A stretch of DNA of 64,000 bases from Polyangiaceae bacterium (GCA_044376115.1 JBILLK010000004.1:128001-192000); one strand, 5' to 3'; positions 35,377 through 45,448 are shown, numbered from the stretch's first letter. The notes: generated by a model from the sequence alone, not told the origin. Translations and numbers: made by a program.

Positions 35377-37002
35377 ATGAGGCGGCGGATGCAAACGGCG
35401 TGCTTCGCGGCGCTACTCGCGGTGAGCTGCGTTGGCGCGGGCAGCGAGCCCGAGGCTCGGAAAAAGCCGGCTATCGCCCAGGTTACCGACGAAAAAGTTG
35501 CCCCGGTTCCGCTGCGTCGGCTCACGCGCGAGGAGTACAACAACAGCGTGCGCGATCTTTTGGGCGACAACTCGCGCCCGGCGCTCGCCTTCCCGCCCGA
35601 TGAGACCGTGGCCGGCTTCGAGAGCAACAACATCGCGCCGGTGACCGAACTGCTCGTGCAACGCTACATGGACGCCGCCGAAGAGCTGGCAGCGCGCGCG
35701 ATGAGTCGCATCGATACGCTCGCGCCATGCAACAAGGACGCACAGCCGGAGGCCCGCGCGAGCGACTTCATCGAGCGCTTTGGTCGACTCGTATATCGAC
35801 GTCCGCTCGAAGCGAAAGAACAGCAGGCGCTGCTCAGCGTCTATCGCGATAAGGCAGCGCAGGCGGGCTATACCGCGGGCATTCAACTGACGCTGGAGGT
35901 GATGCTGCAGTCCCCGCAGTTCCTGTATCGGCTCGAGCCGCAGGACGGAGCAGGCGCAAGCGCGCGCGCTTTGACCGGCTACGAGCTAGCGACGCGGCTT
36001 TCTTACTTCGTGTGGGCCTCCACGCCGGATCGCCAGCTGCTCGATGAGGCTGCGGCGGGCCGTCTCTCCGAGCCTGCGGACGTGGAGCGTGCGATGCGCA
36101 GGCTGCTGGCCGATGCGCGGGCCAAAGACGGCGTACGCAGCTTTCATCGCCAATGGTTGGGCCTGCGCGAGCTGGAGACCGAATCGAAGGACAACCAACT
36201 TTCGCCCTCCTTCACGCCCGAACTCAAAGCCGCAATGATCGAGGAGACGCTGCGTTTTGCGGCGCACACCGTGTTCGAAGACGGTGACACGGTGAGCAAG
36301 TTGTTCCGCTCGAAGCAGAGCTTCATCAACGCGCCGTTGGCCGCGCTTTACGGTGTGGAGGCGCCTCGCGAGGGCTTCGCCTTGGTGGAGCTGCCGGCCG
36401 ATCAGCGCTCCGGCGTGCTCACCCACGCGAGTGTGCTCTCGGTCCACGCCAACGCCAACCAGACCTCGCCGATCTTGCGCGGCAAGTTCGTGCGCGAAAA
36501 GTTCCTGTGCCAGGAGATCCCTCCGCCTCCTGCCAACGTCAACATCACCCCGCCCAAGGTCGATCCCAAGCTCACCACCAAGCAGCGCTTCGAACAACAT
36601 CGCACCGACCGCAGCTGCTCGGGCTGTCATCAGATGATGGACCCGATCGGCTTCGGCTTCGAACACTACGACGCGATCGGCGCCTACCGCACGGTGGACG
36701 GCGCCTTCCCGGTGGACGCGGTGGGCGAGCTGACCGTGACCAAAGACGCGAACGGCGCCTTCAACGGCGCAGTCGAATTGGGCGCAAAACTGGCTGCGAG
36801 CGAGCAGGTCCGACGCTGCGTGGCAACGCAGTGGTTCCGCTTCGCGCTCGGTCGCGGCGAGGTAGACGACGACGCCGATTCGCTCTCTGCGGCCTACGAG
36901 ACCTTCGCGCGCAAAGGCTTCGATGTGCGCGAGTTGATGGTGGCCATCGCCAAGAGCCACGCCTTCCGTCATGCCCGTTTTGAAGAAGGACCGTCGCCTT
37001 GA
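35377..37002 (+). CDS. DUF1592/DUF1588 (PSD1-5, PSCyt3) multidomain lipoprotein
   Basis: LRRLTREEYNNSVRDL, LQSPQFLYR, ELATRLSYF.W..PD, TSPILRG, CSGCH...DPIGFGFEHYD.IG. Confidence 0.92.
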   Translation: MRRRMQTACFAALLAVSCVGAGSEPEARKKPAIAQVTDEKVAPVPLRRLTREEYNNSVRDLLGDNSRPALAFPPDETVAGFESNNIAPVTELLVQRYMDAAEELAARAMSRIDTLAPCNKDAQPEARASDFIERFGRLVYRRPLEAKEQQALLSVYRDKAAQAGYTAGIQLTLEVMLQSPQFLYRLEPQDGAGASARALTGYELATRLSYFVWASTPDRQLLDEAAAGRLSEPADVERAMRRLLADARAKDGVRSFHRQWLGLRELETESKDNQLSPSFTPELKAAMIEETLRFAAHTVFEDGDTVSKLFRSKQSFINAPLAALYGVEAPREGFALVELPADQRSGVLTHASVLSVHANANQTSPILRGKFVREKFLCQEIPPPPANVNITPPKVDPKLTTKQRFEQHRTDRSCSGCHQMMDPIGFGFEHYDAIGAYRTVDGAFPVDAVGELTVTKDANGAFNGAVELGAKLAASEQVRRCVATQWFRFALGRGEVDDDADSLSAAYETFARKGFDVRELMVAIAKSHAFRHARFEEGPSP

Positions 37003-38384
37003 AGAGTGCGCTGCTTGGCCGTCGACATTTCCTGAGCGGCCTCGGTCTCGGAGCGGCGATGCTCCCGTTCGTACCGCTGCTCGATGTCCACGCTGGCTCC
37101 GAGCCGCCGCCGCGTAGACTCGTTTTCTTCTTCAGCTCGAACGGCACCATCTACGAGAGTTGGTTGCCCACGATGGAGCGAGGCAAACTCACGCTCAGCC
37201 CGATCCTCGCGCCGCTCGAGCGCCACAAGTCCAAGCTCTTGGTGGTGGACGGTCTGGCTCACACCGTGATCAATGAGAAGGGCGAGCGCAGTGGCCATTC
37301 GGCTGGGATGAACACAGCGCTCACCGGCCGGCGCGCCAAATCGATCGACCCGCAATACCCGCTGCGCAGTATGGCCACCGGCATCTCGCTCGATCAGCAC
37401 CTGGCGCCGATCATGGGCGCCGAGGCGAAGTTCCGCTCGATAGAGCTCGGCATTCAGGTCCAGCCTTTTTCCACCGACAACTCGTCGCTCTCGTACTTGG
37501 GCCCGCTGCGACCGATCATCGCCGAGAACAACCCGTACGTCGCTTTTGACCGCGTGTTCCGCGGCTTCAACGAAGCGAGCACCGCCGTCGATCCGCAAGA
37601 CGAAATACGCCTCAATGATCGCAAAGCGGTGCTGAGCGCCGTCTCCCAAAACCTCGACGCTCTTCGTCCCACCCTGCCCCAGTCCGACCGCATCAAGCTC
37701 GAGGCGCATCTCGCGGCGGTGGCGTCGATCGAACACAGCCTCAACACTGGCGTCGGCGAGGCCGTCGCCAACGTGTGCGGCAAACCCGAGCTCGGTAAGC
37801 GCATCGACGTCTGGAACAACAACAACATCCCGGCGCTCGCCAAGCTGCAGATGGACCTGATGGTGATGTCGCTAGCTTGCGATCTCACCCGCGTGGGCAC
37901 CGTGCAATTCGGCCGCGCGGGCGCAGCCCATCGCTTCAACTGGCTGGGGCCTGAGTTCGCCTCCGACCCGATGCTTGCCGTCACCGACGAGGCCAAGGGC
38001 TTTCATGCGCTCGCCCACAAAGAGAGCGACCCGGTCTCCAAGGCGAAGTTGGTCAAGATCCACACCTGGTATGCGAGCCAGCTCGCCTACTTCCTCGACA
38101 AGCTCGAAGCCATCCCCGAACGCGGTGGCACCATGCTCGACAACACCGTGGTGGTCTGGTTCAACGAGCTCGGCTCCGGCGGTACGCACACCCACGAAAA
38201 CACCCCGTGGGTGATCGCCGGCAACACGCGTGGGCTGTTCAAGACCGGCCAGTTGGTCTCCTTCCCCAACGAACCGCACAACCGCTTGCTGATGACGCTC
38301 AGTCACGCCATGGGCGTAGAAGAAGCGGCCTTTGGCGACCCGGACTTTTGCAAGGGCGGGCCGCTGACGGGAGTTACGACGTAG
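36999..38384 (+). CDS. DUF1552 (HXXSHH) family protein with Tat signal
   Basis: GRRHFL twin-arginine motif; LSPILAPL, SLDQ, ACDLTRV, HALAH, TMLDNT. 4-nt overlap with the DUF1592 gene. Confidence 0.92.
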   Translation: MKSALLGRRHFLSGLGLGAAMLPFVPLLDVHAGSEPPPRRLVFFFSSNGTIYESWLPTMERGKLTLSPILAPLERHKSKLLVVDGLAHTVINEKGERSGHSAGMNTALTGRRAKSIDPQYPLRSMATGISLDQHLAPIMGAEAKFRSIELGIQVQPFSTDNSSLSYLGPLRPIIAENNPYVAFDRVFRGFNEASTAVDPQDEIRLNDRKAVLSAVSQNLDALRPTLPQSDRIKLEAHLAAVASIEHSLNTGVGEAVANVCGKPELGKRIDVWNNNNIPALAKLQMDLMVMSLACDLTRVGTVQFGRAGAAHRFNWLGPEFASDPMLAVTDEAKGFHALAHKESDPVSKAKLVKIHTWYASQLAYFLDKLEAIPERGGTMLDNTVVVWFNELGSGGTHTHENTPWVIAGNTRGLFKTGQLVSFPNEPHNRLLMTLSHAMGVEEAAFGDPDFCKGGPLTGVTT

Positions 38385-38394
38385 GAGTGGTGGG

Positions 38395-39813
38395 TTAGCG
38401 CGATTGGCTGGTTGCCGAGGTGAGCACGGGGAACCACGGGCTATCACCGATGATGCTCAGACCGCCTGATACAAGGTCGGCGTAGTCGTCTTGTTCCCCT
38501 AGCGCCGCGTGAAGTATCCCTTGGTTGACCGCGATCGCGGGCAGCCGGAACGCCGCGTATTCGTTGGGAATCTTCGGCAACGCAACCACCGCAGAGGTGC
38601 TGGCGGGCACAAGTACAGTCCAGGTGATCCCACTCGTGAAGGCGACCAACGCGACGCCGGCGCCGACGTTCTCGTTACCCAGCGCATAGCTCCACTTTGG
38701 CTTCAGCGGGTCAGCAAAATCGAGGGGAGGCGGAGTCGTCGGTAGGCTGAGCGAAGTCACACCGAATGGCGGCAGTGAGCTTACCTCCGCATCGTGATCC
38801 TCACGGCGGGTGATAGTGGTTCCGAGGGCGCTATTCCGTACTGAGCGCGTCCCCCGTAACTTGCTCGCCTGGGACTTGGGCACAATGAAGTCACTGTCGC
38901 TCAAGTCGCTGTTCTTGAACGTCCGAAGCCGCATTAGCGTTTCCGGGTCGAGGTCTTGAAGCTCACGCTCATCGACGACGTAACCGCCGACATCGAGCGA
39001 GATCGGCGCATCGATTGTTGCCACGTCGGCAGCGGTCAGCACGGTGACCGGGATGTCCAGGTTGACCGGCAAGGGAAACATAACCTGGGCGGTACCATCC
39101 GCTTTCGGTACGCCGTTGCTCCCGTAAACGATGGCCGATGCCACGAGGTCGGTGATCCCGTCACAACCATTCGTCGAAGACGCCGTCGAACTGACGATGG
39201 TTTGTGTCATCGACAGCGTGGTTGAAACGACCGACTCACACGAGCGATGGAACTCCACTCGATCCCCGGCGACGCAGTTTGAACAGTTGATGGCTCGCAT
39301 CGAAAGCGTCTGCGTCGCGTTCTGCTCCGGAGGTTCGCTGCGCACCAACGTGACCGCCGTCACCCCCGGCACCACCTGCGTGCTGTACACCTCGTGCAGG
39401 GCCGGATTCTCGTTGTCGAGCACCGTGACAAAGCCCCCGTGCGGCACCGTCACCGTGGCTTCGCCCACCACATCGGTCACCGTCTCCTCGATCGTTTCAC
39501 CGTCCGCGTCGCTCACCAGCACCACGCGGCCGGTCAAGACATTGACCTTGTCGCGATAGCGCACCTCAACGATCTCCTCGGTGGCCGGCGCTCCACCCTG
39601 CCCTCCGCTGCCACCACCGCCTTGCGTCCCGGCCCCAGCGCCGCCGCCTCCTGCTGCAACGCCTCCGCTGCCGCCAGCACCGCCGTTCGGCGTCGCGCCG
39701 CTGCCCCCCTCGCCTGCCGCCGCGCCCGTCCCTTGGAAGCTCTCGCCACGGCAGGCAACAAGACCAACGACCAGCGCAATACGTACAAATGCGGACGAAC
39801 CAAAGCGAGGCAT
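38395..39813 (-). CDS. Hypothetical lipoprotein with Gly-rich linker and beta-rich body
   Basis: LVAC lipobox; Gly linker; long open frame with less biased codon usage. Confidence 0.75.
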   Translation of the reverse strand: MPRFGSSAFVRIALVVGLVACRGESFQGTGAAAGEGGSGATPNGGAGGSGGVAAGGGGAGAGTQGGGGSGGQGGAPATEEIVEVRYRDKVNVLTGRVVLVSDADGETIEETVTDVVGEATVTVPHGGFVTVLDNENPALHEVYSTQVVPGVTAVTLVRSEPPEQNATQTLSMRAINCSNCVAGDRVEFHRSCESVVSTTLSMTQTIVSSTASSTNGCDGITDLVASAIVYGSNGVPKADGTAQVMFPLPVNLDIPVTVLTAADVATIDAPISLDVGGYVVDERELQDLDPETLMRLRTFKNSDLSDSDFIVPKSQASKLRGTRSVRNSALGTTITRREDHDAEVSSLPPFGVTSLSLPTTPPPLDFADPLKPKWSYALGNENVGAGVALVAFTSGITWTVLVPASTSAVVALPKIPNEYAAFRLPAIAVNQGILHAALGEQDDYADLVSGGLSIIGDSPWFPVLTSATSQSR

Positions 39814-39884
39814 ATCGCGCGAAGTTACCAGTCTTCGCCCACCGCCGGAGCGCCAAACTGAGCGCATGACAGAAACACTACGCC

Positions 39885-40367
39885 TTACGGCAGCTTCACC
39901 TTCACAGCCTCGAGCGCCTTCCGCAGCGCGGCTAGGTCAGCCACCTCGAAGCCACCCATCTCCCCCGAAGGCAGGTCCACCCGTGCCGCCGTCTTGCTGC
40001 CTTCGGCCAGGCCCGCCGAGGCACAAAGACCCACCGAGCCGAGCAGCTTGTCCCCGGCGAAAAAGCGCAGGTTGGTCGGCGTCACGCACTTCGCAAGCCC
40101 ACCGTTCGGCGACTGCGCGCCACCCAGCGCGGCGATAAGCTCGCCGATCAGCTGCTTGTCGCTGGTCTTCGCCATGGCTGGTGCGCGCAGATCGAGCCCA
40201 ACGAACTCAACGCGATCCGCCGCACCGAACAGCGCTGAGAGCGGCTGCGTGAGCGCCGAACCCGAGGCCTCCACCTTGGCCGAATCCGCCGTCGCCGAAG
40301 CAGCCGCAGGCTCACTGCAAGCACCCAACCCAAGCGAAACAACCGCAACCAACCATCGCAATTTCAT
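39885..40367 (-). CDS. Hypothetical lipoprotein
   Basis: LGAC lipobox; two Cys. Confidence 0.75.
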   Translation of the reverse strand: MKLRWLVAVVSLGLGACSEPAAASATADSAKVEASGSALTQPLSALFGAADRVEFVGLDLRAPAMAKTSDKQLIGELIAALGGAQSPNGGLAKCVTPTNLRFFAGDKLLGSVGLCASAGLAEGSKTAARVDLPSGEMGGFEVADLAALRKALEAVKVKLP

Positions 40368-40464
40368 CAACCGCATCCTTGCTTAGCGTTCGCTCGCGAC
40401 CGTGCGAGCCCCAGCTAGACGCAGCGCCTTCGCGAGCGGTCTAAACGCTGAGCGAGCAGCAGGA

Positions 40465-40505
40465 TTCCGCCGAAGGCGGATGAAGCAGACCAATGACTCG
40501 TGCCC
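40465..40505. repeat. Structured intergenic repeat, copy 3 (half element)
   Basis: TTCCGCCGAAGGCGGATGAAGCAGACCAATGACTCGTGCCC; abuts the stop codon of the gene 40505..41356. Confidence 0.8.
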
Positions 40506-41356
40506 TAGCGCTTGAGCGCCTTGTGCACGGCCTCGGCCTCGAGCTTGTCTTTGATCGCGATCGAAAGCATGCCGCCGGTGATCGGCTCGAGCACGAGCGG
40601 CATCGAGCGCGCTTCACCGCCGGCTACGATCACGATCCGCCGTTGTTCGAGCGTAGTGGTCGCTGCGGTCAGCAGCCGCTTGCCCTCGTCGCTCAACGCA
40701 AGCGCCAGCCGAAAGCCACCGCCGAACTCGTCCTGATCGAGCTTCACGCTCGCGAGGTGGCTCGCGTTCAAGAGCCCCGGCCCGCCGATCAGTGTGCGGA
40801 CGGTGCCCGCTGGCCCGCGCACAAAAAGCAGCTGGTAGCCGCTCGGCAGGGCGCCTCCGAAGCGCTTCACAAGTTCGCTCTCGAGCGCCGTACGCGCCGC
40901 GCCGTCCGCGCTGAAGCGCAGAAAATGCCGCACCGGCCGCACGGCCAACGGCCCCGAAGGCACCTGCTCCTCATGCAAACTCACCCCCTCCGGCAAGCTC
41001 TTCGCATCGACAGCCTCGAGCACCATCAGCGCGTCGTCCACCGCGCGTACGCAGAACGTGGCATCGCAGGGCACGCTCGCTAGCGTTGGCAACGCAGGGC
41101 TCGCCGATTGCGCCCCACGCGGAGACTGCGCCTGCTCGATCAACTTCGCGAGCTCCTCCGCATTCGGCGCGCCGCTCCCCGGCCCGCGCGCCTCTGGCCG
41201 CGGTTGCCCGCTGGAGCCGCTGCGCGCATCGCTCCCGGCCGCGGCCGCGCTCCCCGAGCCCGCAGTCCTCCCAGCCGGCGCCGGCTCCGCCGCACTCGAA
41301 CAAGCCGAACCTGCGACCAGGAGCGAAGATAGCAAGAGCCCGCGAAACAGCGTCAT
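40505..41356 (-). CDS. Lipoprotein with SecD/SecF P1-head-like C-terminal domain
   Basis: GSAC lipobox; LALALSDEGKRLLTAAT...RRIVIV...SMPLVLEPITGGMLSI resembles the SecD head subdomain. Confidence 0.7.
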   Translation of the reverse strand: MTLFRGLLLSSLLVAGSACSSAAEPAPAGRTAGSGSAAAAGSDARSGSSGQPRPEARGPGSGAPNAEELAKLIEQAQSPRGAQSASPALPTLASVPCDATFCVRAVDDALMVLEAVDAKSLPEGVSLHEEQVPSGPLAVRPVRHFLRFSADGAARTALESELVKRFGGALPSGYQLLFVRGPAGTVRTLIGGPGLLNASHLASVKLDQDEFGGGFRLALALSDEGKRLLTAATTTLEQRRIVIVAGGEARSMPLVLEPITGGMLSIAIKDKLEAEAVHKALKR

Positions 41357-41408
41357 CGCAGCGACGTAGCGAAGGCAGCCGGTGGGAGCAAGTTGTGGGG
41401 CGTTGGCC

Positions 41409-43256
41409 TTACTTGATCGAGAAATAGTCGACGACCTTCAGCTTGCAAGAGTCGTCGCCGGACTTGGCCTGCGGCCAATCCAGACGCCGAATCTCGAACG
41501 GCGTTTGCCGCCTCGGGACGTCAAACCTGGGCGTCTTGTCGAAGCCGTAGGCCACGCCGTGAAGCACGCCGGCTTCGTCGATGTGCAGGCGCAAGAAGCT
41601 CTTGTACCCGGTGTAGCGGATTGCGCTGAAGGTCTCATTGCGATGACGACCCGCGAGGGACAGCGACAGGAACAGGTACAAGCCCATAACCCATCCGCCA
41701 ACGAGCGCACCGACAAAGGTGGTGGCGACCCATGCGCCAAGCAGCAGCAGGAGCGAAGCGAGCGAGCCGGCGTTGTCGAGCCAGCCGGGAGCAAGCCAGC
41801 GTGCCGCGAACCACGGGACCGCGATCGCCACGGCTGCGTGCGCAACGCCATGCAGCACGCCACCGATGTATTGATGCGAACGCTTGGAGGTGTCGGTGAA
41901 GGCGACGAAGCCGCCGATCAAAATCCCCACCCACGTCAGCAGCGACGGCGAGAGCAACAGATCCCACGCGATGGTCGTGGCCTCTTTGAGGTGCACGGCT
42001 TCTCGCACCGAAAGCAGGACGATCATCGAGAACAGCCCGTAAATGGCTCCCGAAGCGAGCCAGAACCAGCCGTTGATAAACGGAAAGGCCAGCGCCAAGA
42101 AGCTCACGCGCCTGGACTGCTCGCGCGATGGATAGGCGACGACTTCATCCTTCCCCTGGCCCTTCTTGTCGTCATCGAAGCGGTGCGTCGGATGCAAAAA
42201 GGCGCCGCCGCCCCCCGCGGTAACGAGCTGCGTTCCGTCTTTGGTTTGCTGCCGCCGGTAGTGATGAAGGTCCCCAGCCAACAGCAGCTTCACCCGGTCT
42301 CCAAGCGCGCGCTCCAACTTCTCGACGTTGGTACCCGAAGGTTCCTCGCTCGCCTCCACCCAATGCGGCTCCGCGTGAAAGAGCATCACCTTGGCCTTCG
42401 GCGGCAGGGACGCGGCAAGGTCGGTGAAGTACTTCAGCTGCGGACCATCGAGGTCCGACTCCAACTGCATATCGGTAGCAAAGACCCACCAATCGTGCGG
42501 CAGCTGCAGTGCGAAGTAGCTCCTCTTTTGCACCGTGTCCCAAGCGCCGACCTTCTTCCCACGCAGGAACACCTCGTTGAACGCCGTGAGGTTCTCGTAC
42601 CAATCGTGGTTGCCCGGGATCGAGAATGCGAGCCGCCGCTGACCGTCCTTCAAGAGCTCGGCCGAGGCGCACTCAAAAGGCACGACGAAGCGCTGCTGGT
42701 AGTCGCTCTTGGTGCCGGTCGGGTAGACCTCGTCGCCGCCCAACACCAGAATTTCGCCGGGAGCACGCAGTGCCTGCAACAGCCGCTCGCTCGGTGCGCC
42801 CCCAAGGCTGCGCGTTACTTTTTCGGTGAGCTGGCCTTTGAGCTCGGGGTTGAGCTTGAAGAGCTCCTTGTCGGTCGCGACGTGCGCCACCGCGTACGAA
42901 GCATCGAAGCCGTCCCCGGTATCGGCGATGTAGTCGAGCGTGATCGACTTCGCGTTGGGCATGAAATGAACGGCAACCGCCGTATCGCCCGCGCACTCAC
43001 CACCACAAAGGAAGGCCGTCTCCTCGGGATGGAGGTACGGATAGAGCAGCCGCAGATCCGCGTGCGTCGCAAACAGCTCGCTCGTCGCAATGCGAATCCC
43101 CGTCCGCACCAGCTGCCGCGGATCGTACCAACCCACGCTCTTCGCCGGCTCCCATGCAACCGTCCTCGGCTCCGGCGCCTCGGCCTGCTTCGCGCCTCCG
43201 CCAGCGTCAGCCGCGTTCGACTCCGCGGCCTTCTCGCTCGCCTCCCCCATCGCCAT
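41409..43256 (-). CDS. Calcineurin-like metallophosphoesterase with C-terminal TM helices
   Basis: ADTGDG, GGDEVYP, PGNHDWY, AGDLHHY, GGGGAFLHPTH; 4-5 TM segments. Confidence 0.88.
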   Translation of the reverse strand: MAMGEASEKAAESNAADAGGGAKQAEAPEPRTVAWEPAKSVGWYDPRQLVRTGIRIATSELFATHADLRLLYPYLHPEETAFLCGGECAGDTAVAVHFMPNAKSITLDYIADTGDGFDASYAVAHVATDKELFKLNPELKGQLTEKVTRSLGGAPSERLLQALRAPGEILVLGGDEVYPTGTKSDYQQRFVVPFECASAELLKDGQRRLAFSIPGNHDWYENLTAFNEVFLRGKKVGAWDTVQKRSYFALQLPHDWWVFATDMQLESDLDGPQLKYFTDLAASLPPKAKVMLFHAEPHWVEASEEPSGTNVEKLERALGDRVKLLLAGDLHHYRRQQTKDGTQLVTAGGGGAFLHPTHRFDDDKKGQGKDEVVAYPSREQSRRVSFLALAFPFINGWFWLASGAIYGLFSMIVLLSVREAVHLKEATTIAWDLLLSPSLLTWVGILIGGFVAFTDTSKRSHQYIGGVLHGVAHAAVAIAVPWFAARWLAPGWLDNAGSLASLLLLLGAWVATTFVGALVGGWVMGLYLFLSLSLAGRHRNETFSAIRYTGYKSFLRLHIDEAGVLHGVAYGFDKTPRFDVPRRQTPFEIRRLDWPQAKSGDDSCKLKVVDYFSIK

Positions 43257-43404
43257 GCGCGGCAGACTATGGGCCTCGGGGAATGGAGGCCAGAGGGGAT
43301 CACCGGCTCATTGCAGCGGAAGGCGCTGGGGATCGTCGCGCGCATGCAACGGCGTCGCCCTCCCTGGATTCCGCCTCCCTCCCAGCGCTACCATCTTCCT
43401 CACT

Positions 43405-43629
43405 ATGGGGCCCAAGCGAACCATCACCCGCTGCGACTGCAGTCCGGAGACGCTTCACCGTGTGCTCGACCAGCGTCACCCGGGCTACTGGGTCACGACC
43501 TTGCTCACGGGCGAGTGCAAGAAGCGCAGCAAGGCCGACGGGCTCGTACTGTGGAATCACCTCGACTTCGACTATCCCGAGGACGAAGAGGCTGGCGAGC
43601 TCGCTGAGCAGGCGCTGAAGAAGAATTAG
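43405..43629 (+). CDS. Small hypothetical protein (74 aa)
   Basis: MGPKRTITRCDC...; fills an intergenic gap and has GC3-rich codons. Confidence 0.55.
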   Translation: MGPKRTITRCDCSPETLHRVLDQRHPGYWVTTLLTGECKKRSKADGLVLWNHLDFDYPEDEEAGELAEQALKKN

Positions 43630-43684
43630 CGCCCCGCGCGTGCCGCATCGTGCATCCACAGCCCTGACCTGGTACGTCCGCGGC

Positions 43685-44026
43685 ATGGCAAGTCGAGTTG
43701 GTGCGAGCTTCGTGATGGGCGTGTTTGCAGCGCTGGGCCTCGTGGCCTGCGGCTCACCGATTGAAGGTGGGCAAGCCGATGGCAAAGATTGCAACTACGC
43801 ACTCGCCGCGTCGGCCTGCAGTCCCACCTCCTTCTGCGACGCGGGAAAGCCCGACGCGAACGGTACGTATCCGCGCATCCATCACTACGCCGACAAGTCG
43901 CATCCGCTTGGCACCTGCCGTCCCAAAGGCGCTTCTGGAATCGAGTGCAACGGCAAGGAGCAATGCGTGAGCGGGGATTGTGTCTACGCGGCCACGCCCG
44001 TCGGCAGCGCTGGCAAGTGCAAGTAG
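43685..44026 (+). CDS. Small Cys-rich lipoprotein
   Basis: LVAC lipobox; 8 further Cys (C...QCVSGDC...GKC pattern). Confidence 0.75.
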   Translation: MASRVGASFVMGVFAALGLVACGSPIEGGQADGKDCNYALAASACSPTSFCDAGKPDANGTYPRIHHYADKSHPLGTCRPKGASGIECNGKEQCVSGDCVYAATPVGSAGKCK

Positions 44027-44041
44027 CGCACGGTCCTCCGC

Positions 44042-44647
44042 TCAGCGCCCCATCCGCTGCAGCCCGGCTTGAATCGAGCGATGGCTCACTACGGTGAGCA
44101 CCGAGCCCGCCTTGCCATATGCTTTGCGGTCGTCGAGCAGGTACGCGGCGCCGTTGTCGATACAGTTCGCGCCCGCTGCGTTCACATCGCAAGCGAGCTC
44201 AGCGCCGTTGGCTGCGCCGTGACGCGAGAAGGTGCACTCACCGTTGGCCGACTCGGGCAAACAACGCGGGCCGTTCGCGAGGCGGCTGGCGACAGCGGAC
44301 TTCTCCTCCCTTGAGTACAGGATCAAAGCGGTGAGTCGCCCGTCGACGAAGGCGCCGTGCGCCCCGTGCACAGCGCGAATCAGGTCGCCTGAGTGATCCG
44401 GCGCGTCGCCGTCGCACCGCGCCTCGGCTGCGTTCGGGAAGTCGAGCTTCGGCGAGCTGCGTGTGGCCAAGCAAGCGGCCTTGAACTGCTCCACCGTCTG
44501 CCCGAAGGTGAAGCCCGATTGGCCGAGCACAGGCTTTACTCCCGCGGTCTGCGATCCAGCGCGTGAGGCCGGCTCATCCACGCGATCACTGCAGGCCGCT
44601 AACAACGACACGCCAACCAATGCCGCGGTGCCGAACCGAGCGCTCAT
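44042..44647 (-). CDS. Hypothetical lipoprotein
   Basis: LAAC lipobox; several Cys. Confidence 0.7.
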   Translation of the reverse strand: MSARFGTAALVGVSLLAACSDRVDEPASRAGSQTAGVKPVLGQSGFTFGQTVEQFKAACLATRSSPKLDFPNAAEARCDGDAPDHSGDLIRAVHGAHGAFVDGRLTALILYSREEKSAVASRLANGPRCLPESANGECTFSRHGAANGAELACDVNAAGANCIDNGAAYLLDDRKAYGKAGSVLTVVSHRSIQAGLQRMGR

Positions 44648-44751
44648 AGCCGAAGTCGATATCACCGTGCGCGCCCCGGAAGCAACGCGCGTTGACCGCA
44701 CGTAGGCGCAAAAAAGTCCCCGCGGCGGCGTCTCGCGTTAGCCTGCGCGCG

Positions 44752-45390
44752 ATGAACGCTCGCCTCGCTCTCTTCGCCTGCTTCGGCCTGTTTGGTTGCG
44801 CGTCCAACGTCGCACCGGACGGCTCGCCCAACGCTGAGCCCAGCGCTGCCCTCTCGTCACAGCCACCGGCGACCTCAGCCAGCCCGTCTTCAAGCGAAAC
44901 GAGCACGACTCCGAGTTCAGCCTCAAGTGCGCAGACCAGCGGCTCCGCGAACGCCGAAGCGGATTGCAAGCAGCAGCCTTGGCCGACCTTCAAAGCGCCC
45001 GCCCTCGCGGCGGCGGAAGCGCCGGCGCTGGCAACAGGCACGGCCTCGGCGGCCGCCCGCGCGCCCGCAAAAAAACCAACCCCGAAGCCCAGCGCCGAAG
45101 CAGGCGACATCCCCGGCGCCGCCGAGGTGGTGCAAAGCATGTCGCCCGACTTTGGTCGCTGTTTGACGCGGCAACTTTGTGAAGACCCGCGCACCGAGGC
45201 GAAGCTGCGTCTGACCTTGACCATCGACCCGCTCGGTCAGGTCAGCGCAGCGACCAGCACCGGCGCCAACCCCGAGCAAGCGTTGTTCGCGCGCTGCATC
45301 GAGTCGGCGGCCAAAGCCAAACGCTTCTCCCCGCCGCAAGGCGGCATCGGTACGCTGGTTGTGCCGCTCAACTTCAAGGCAGGCACCTGA
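44752..45390 (+). CDS. Lipoprotein with AgmX/PglI-like (TonB_C-like) C-terminal domain
   Basis: LFGC lipobox; Ser/Pro linker; FGRC...LTLTIDPLGQV...ARCIESAAK..RFSPP...VPLNF. Confidence 0.75.
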   Translation: MNARLALFACFGLFGCASNVAPDGSPNAEPSAALSSQPPATSASPSSSETSTTPSSASSAQTSGSANAEADCKQQPWPTFKAPALAAAEAPALATGTASAAARAPAKKPTPKPSAEAGDIPGAAEVVQSMSPDFGRCLTRQLCEDPRTEAKLRLTLTIDPLGQVSAATSTGANPEQALFARCIESAAKAKRFSPPQGGIGTLVVPLNFKAGT

Positions 45391-45448
45391 GCGCTGCTTC
45401 GCCGCGCCGGCCGAGGTCGTGTCCACGGCGTCAACGGCCGACGTAGCT

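Noticed and set aside
41382..43607. 741-aa + strand ORF, and similar long ORFs at 5623..7320, 19189..20268, 22889..24160, 26726..28225, 57253..58470, 58496..60109
   Set aside because: Antisense shadows of well-supported genes, expected from high GC3 codon bias.
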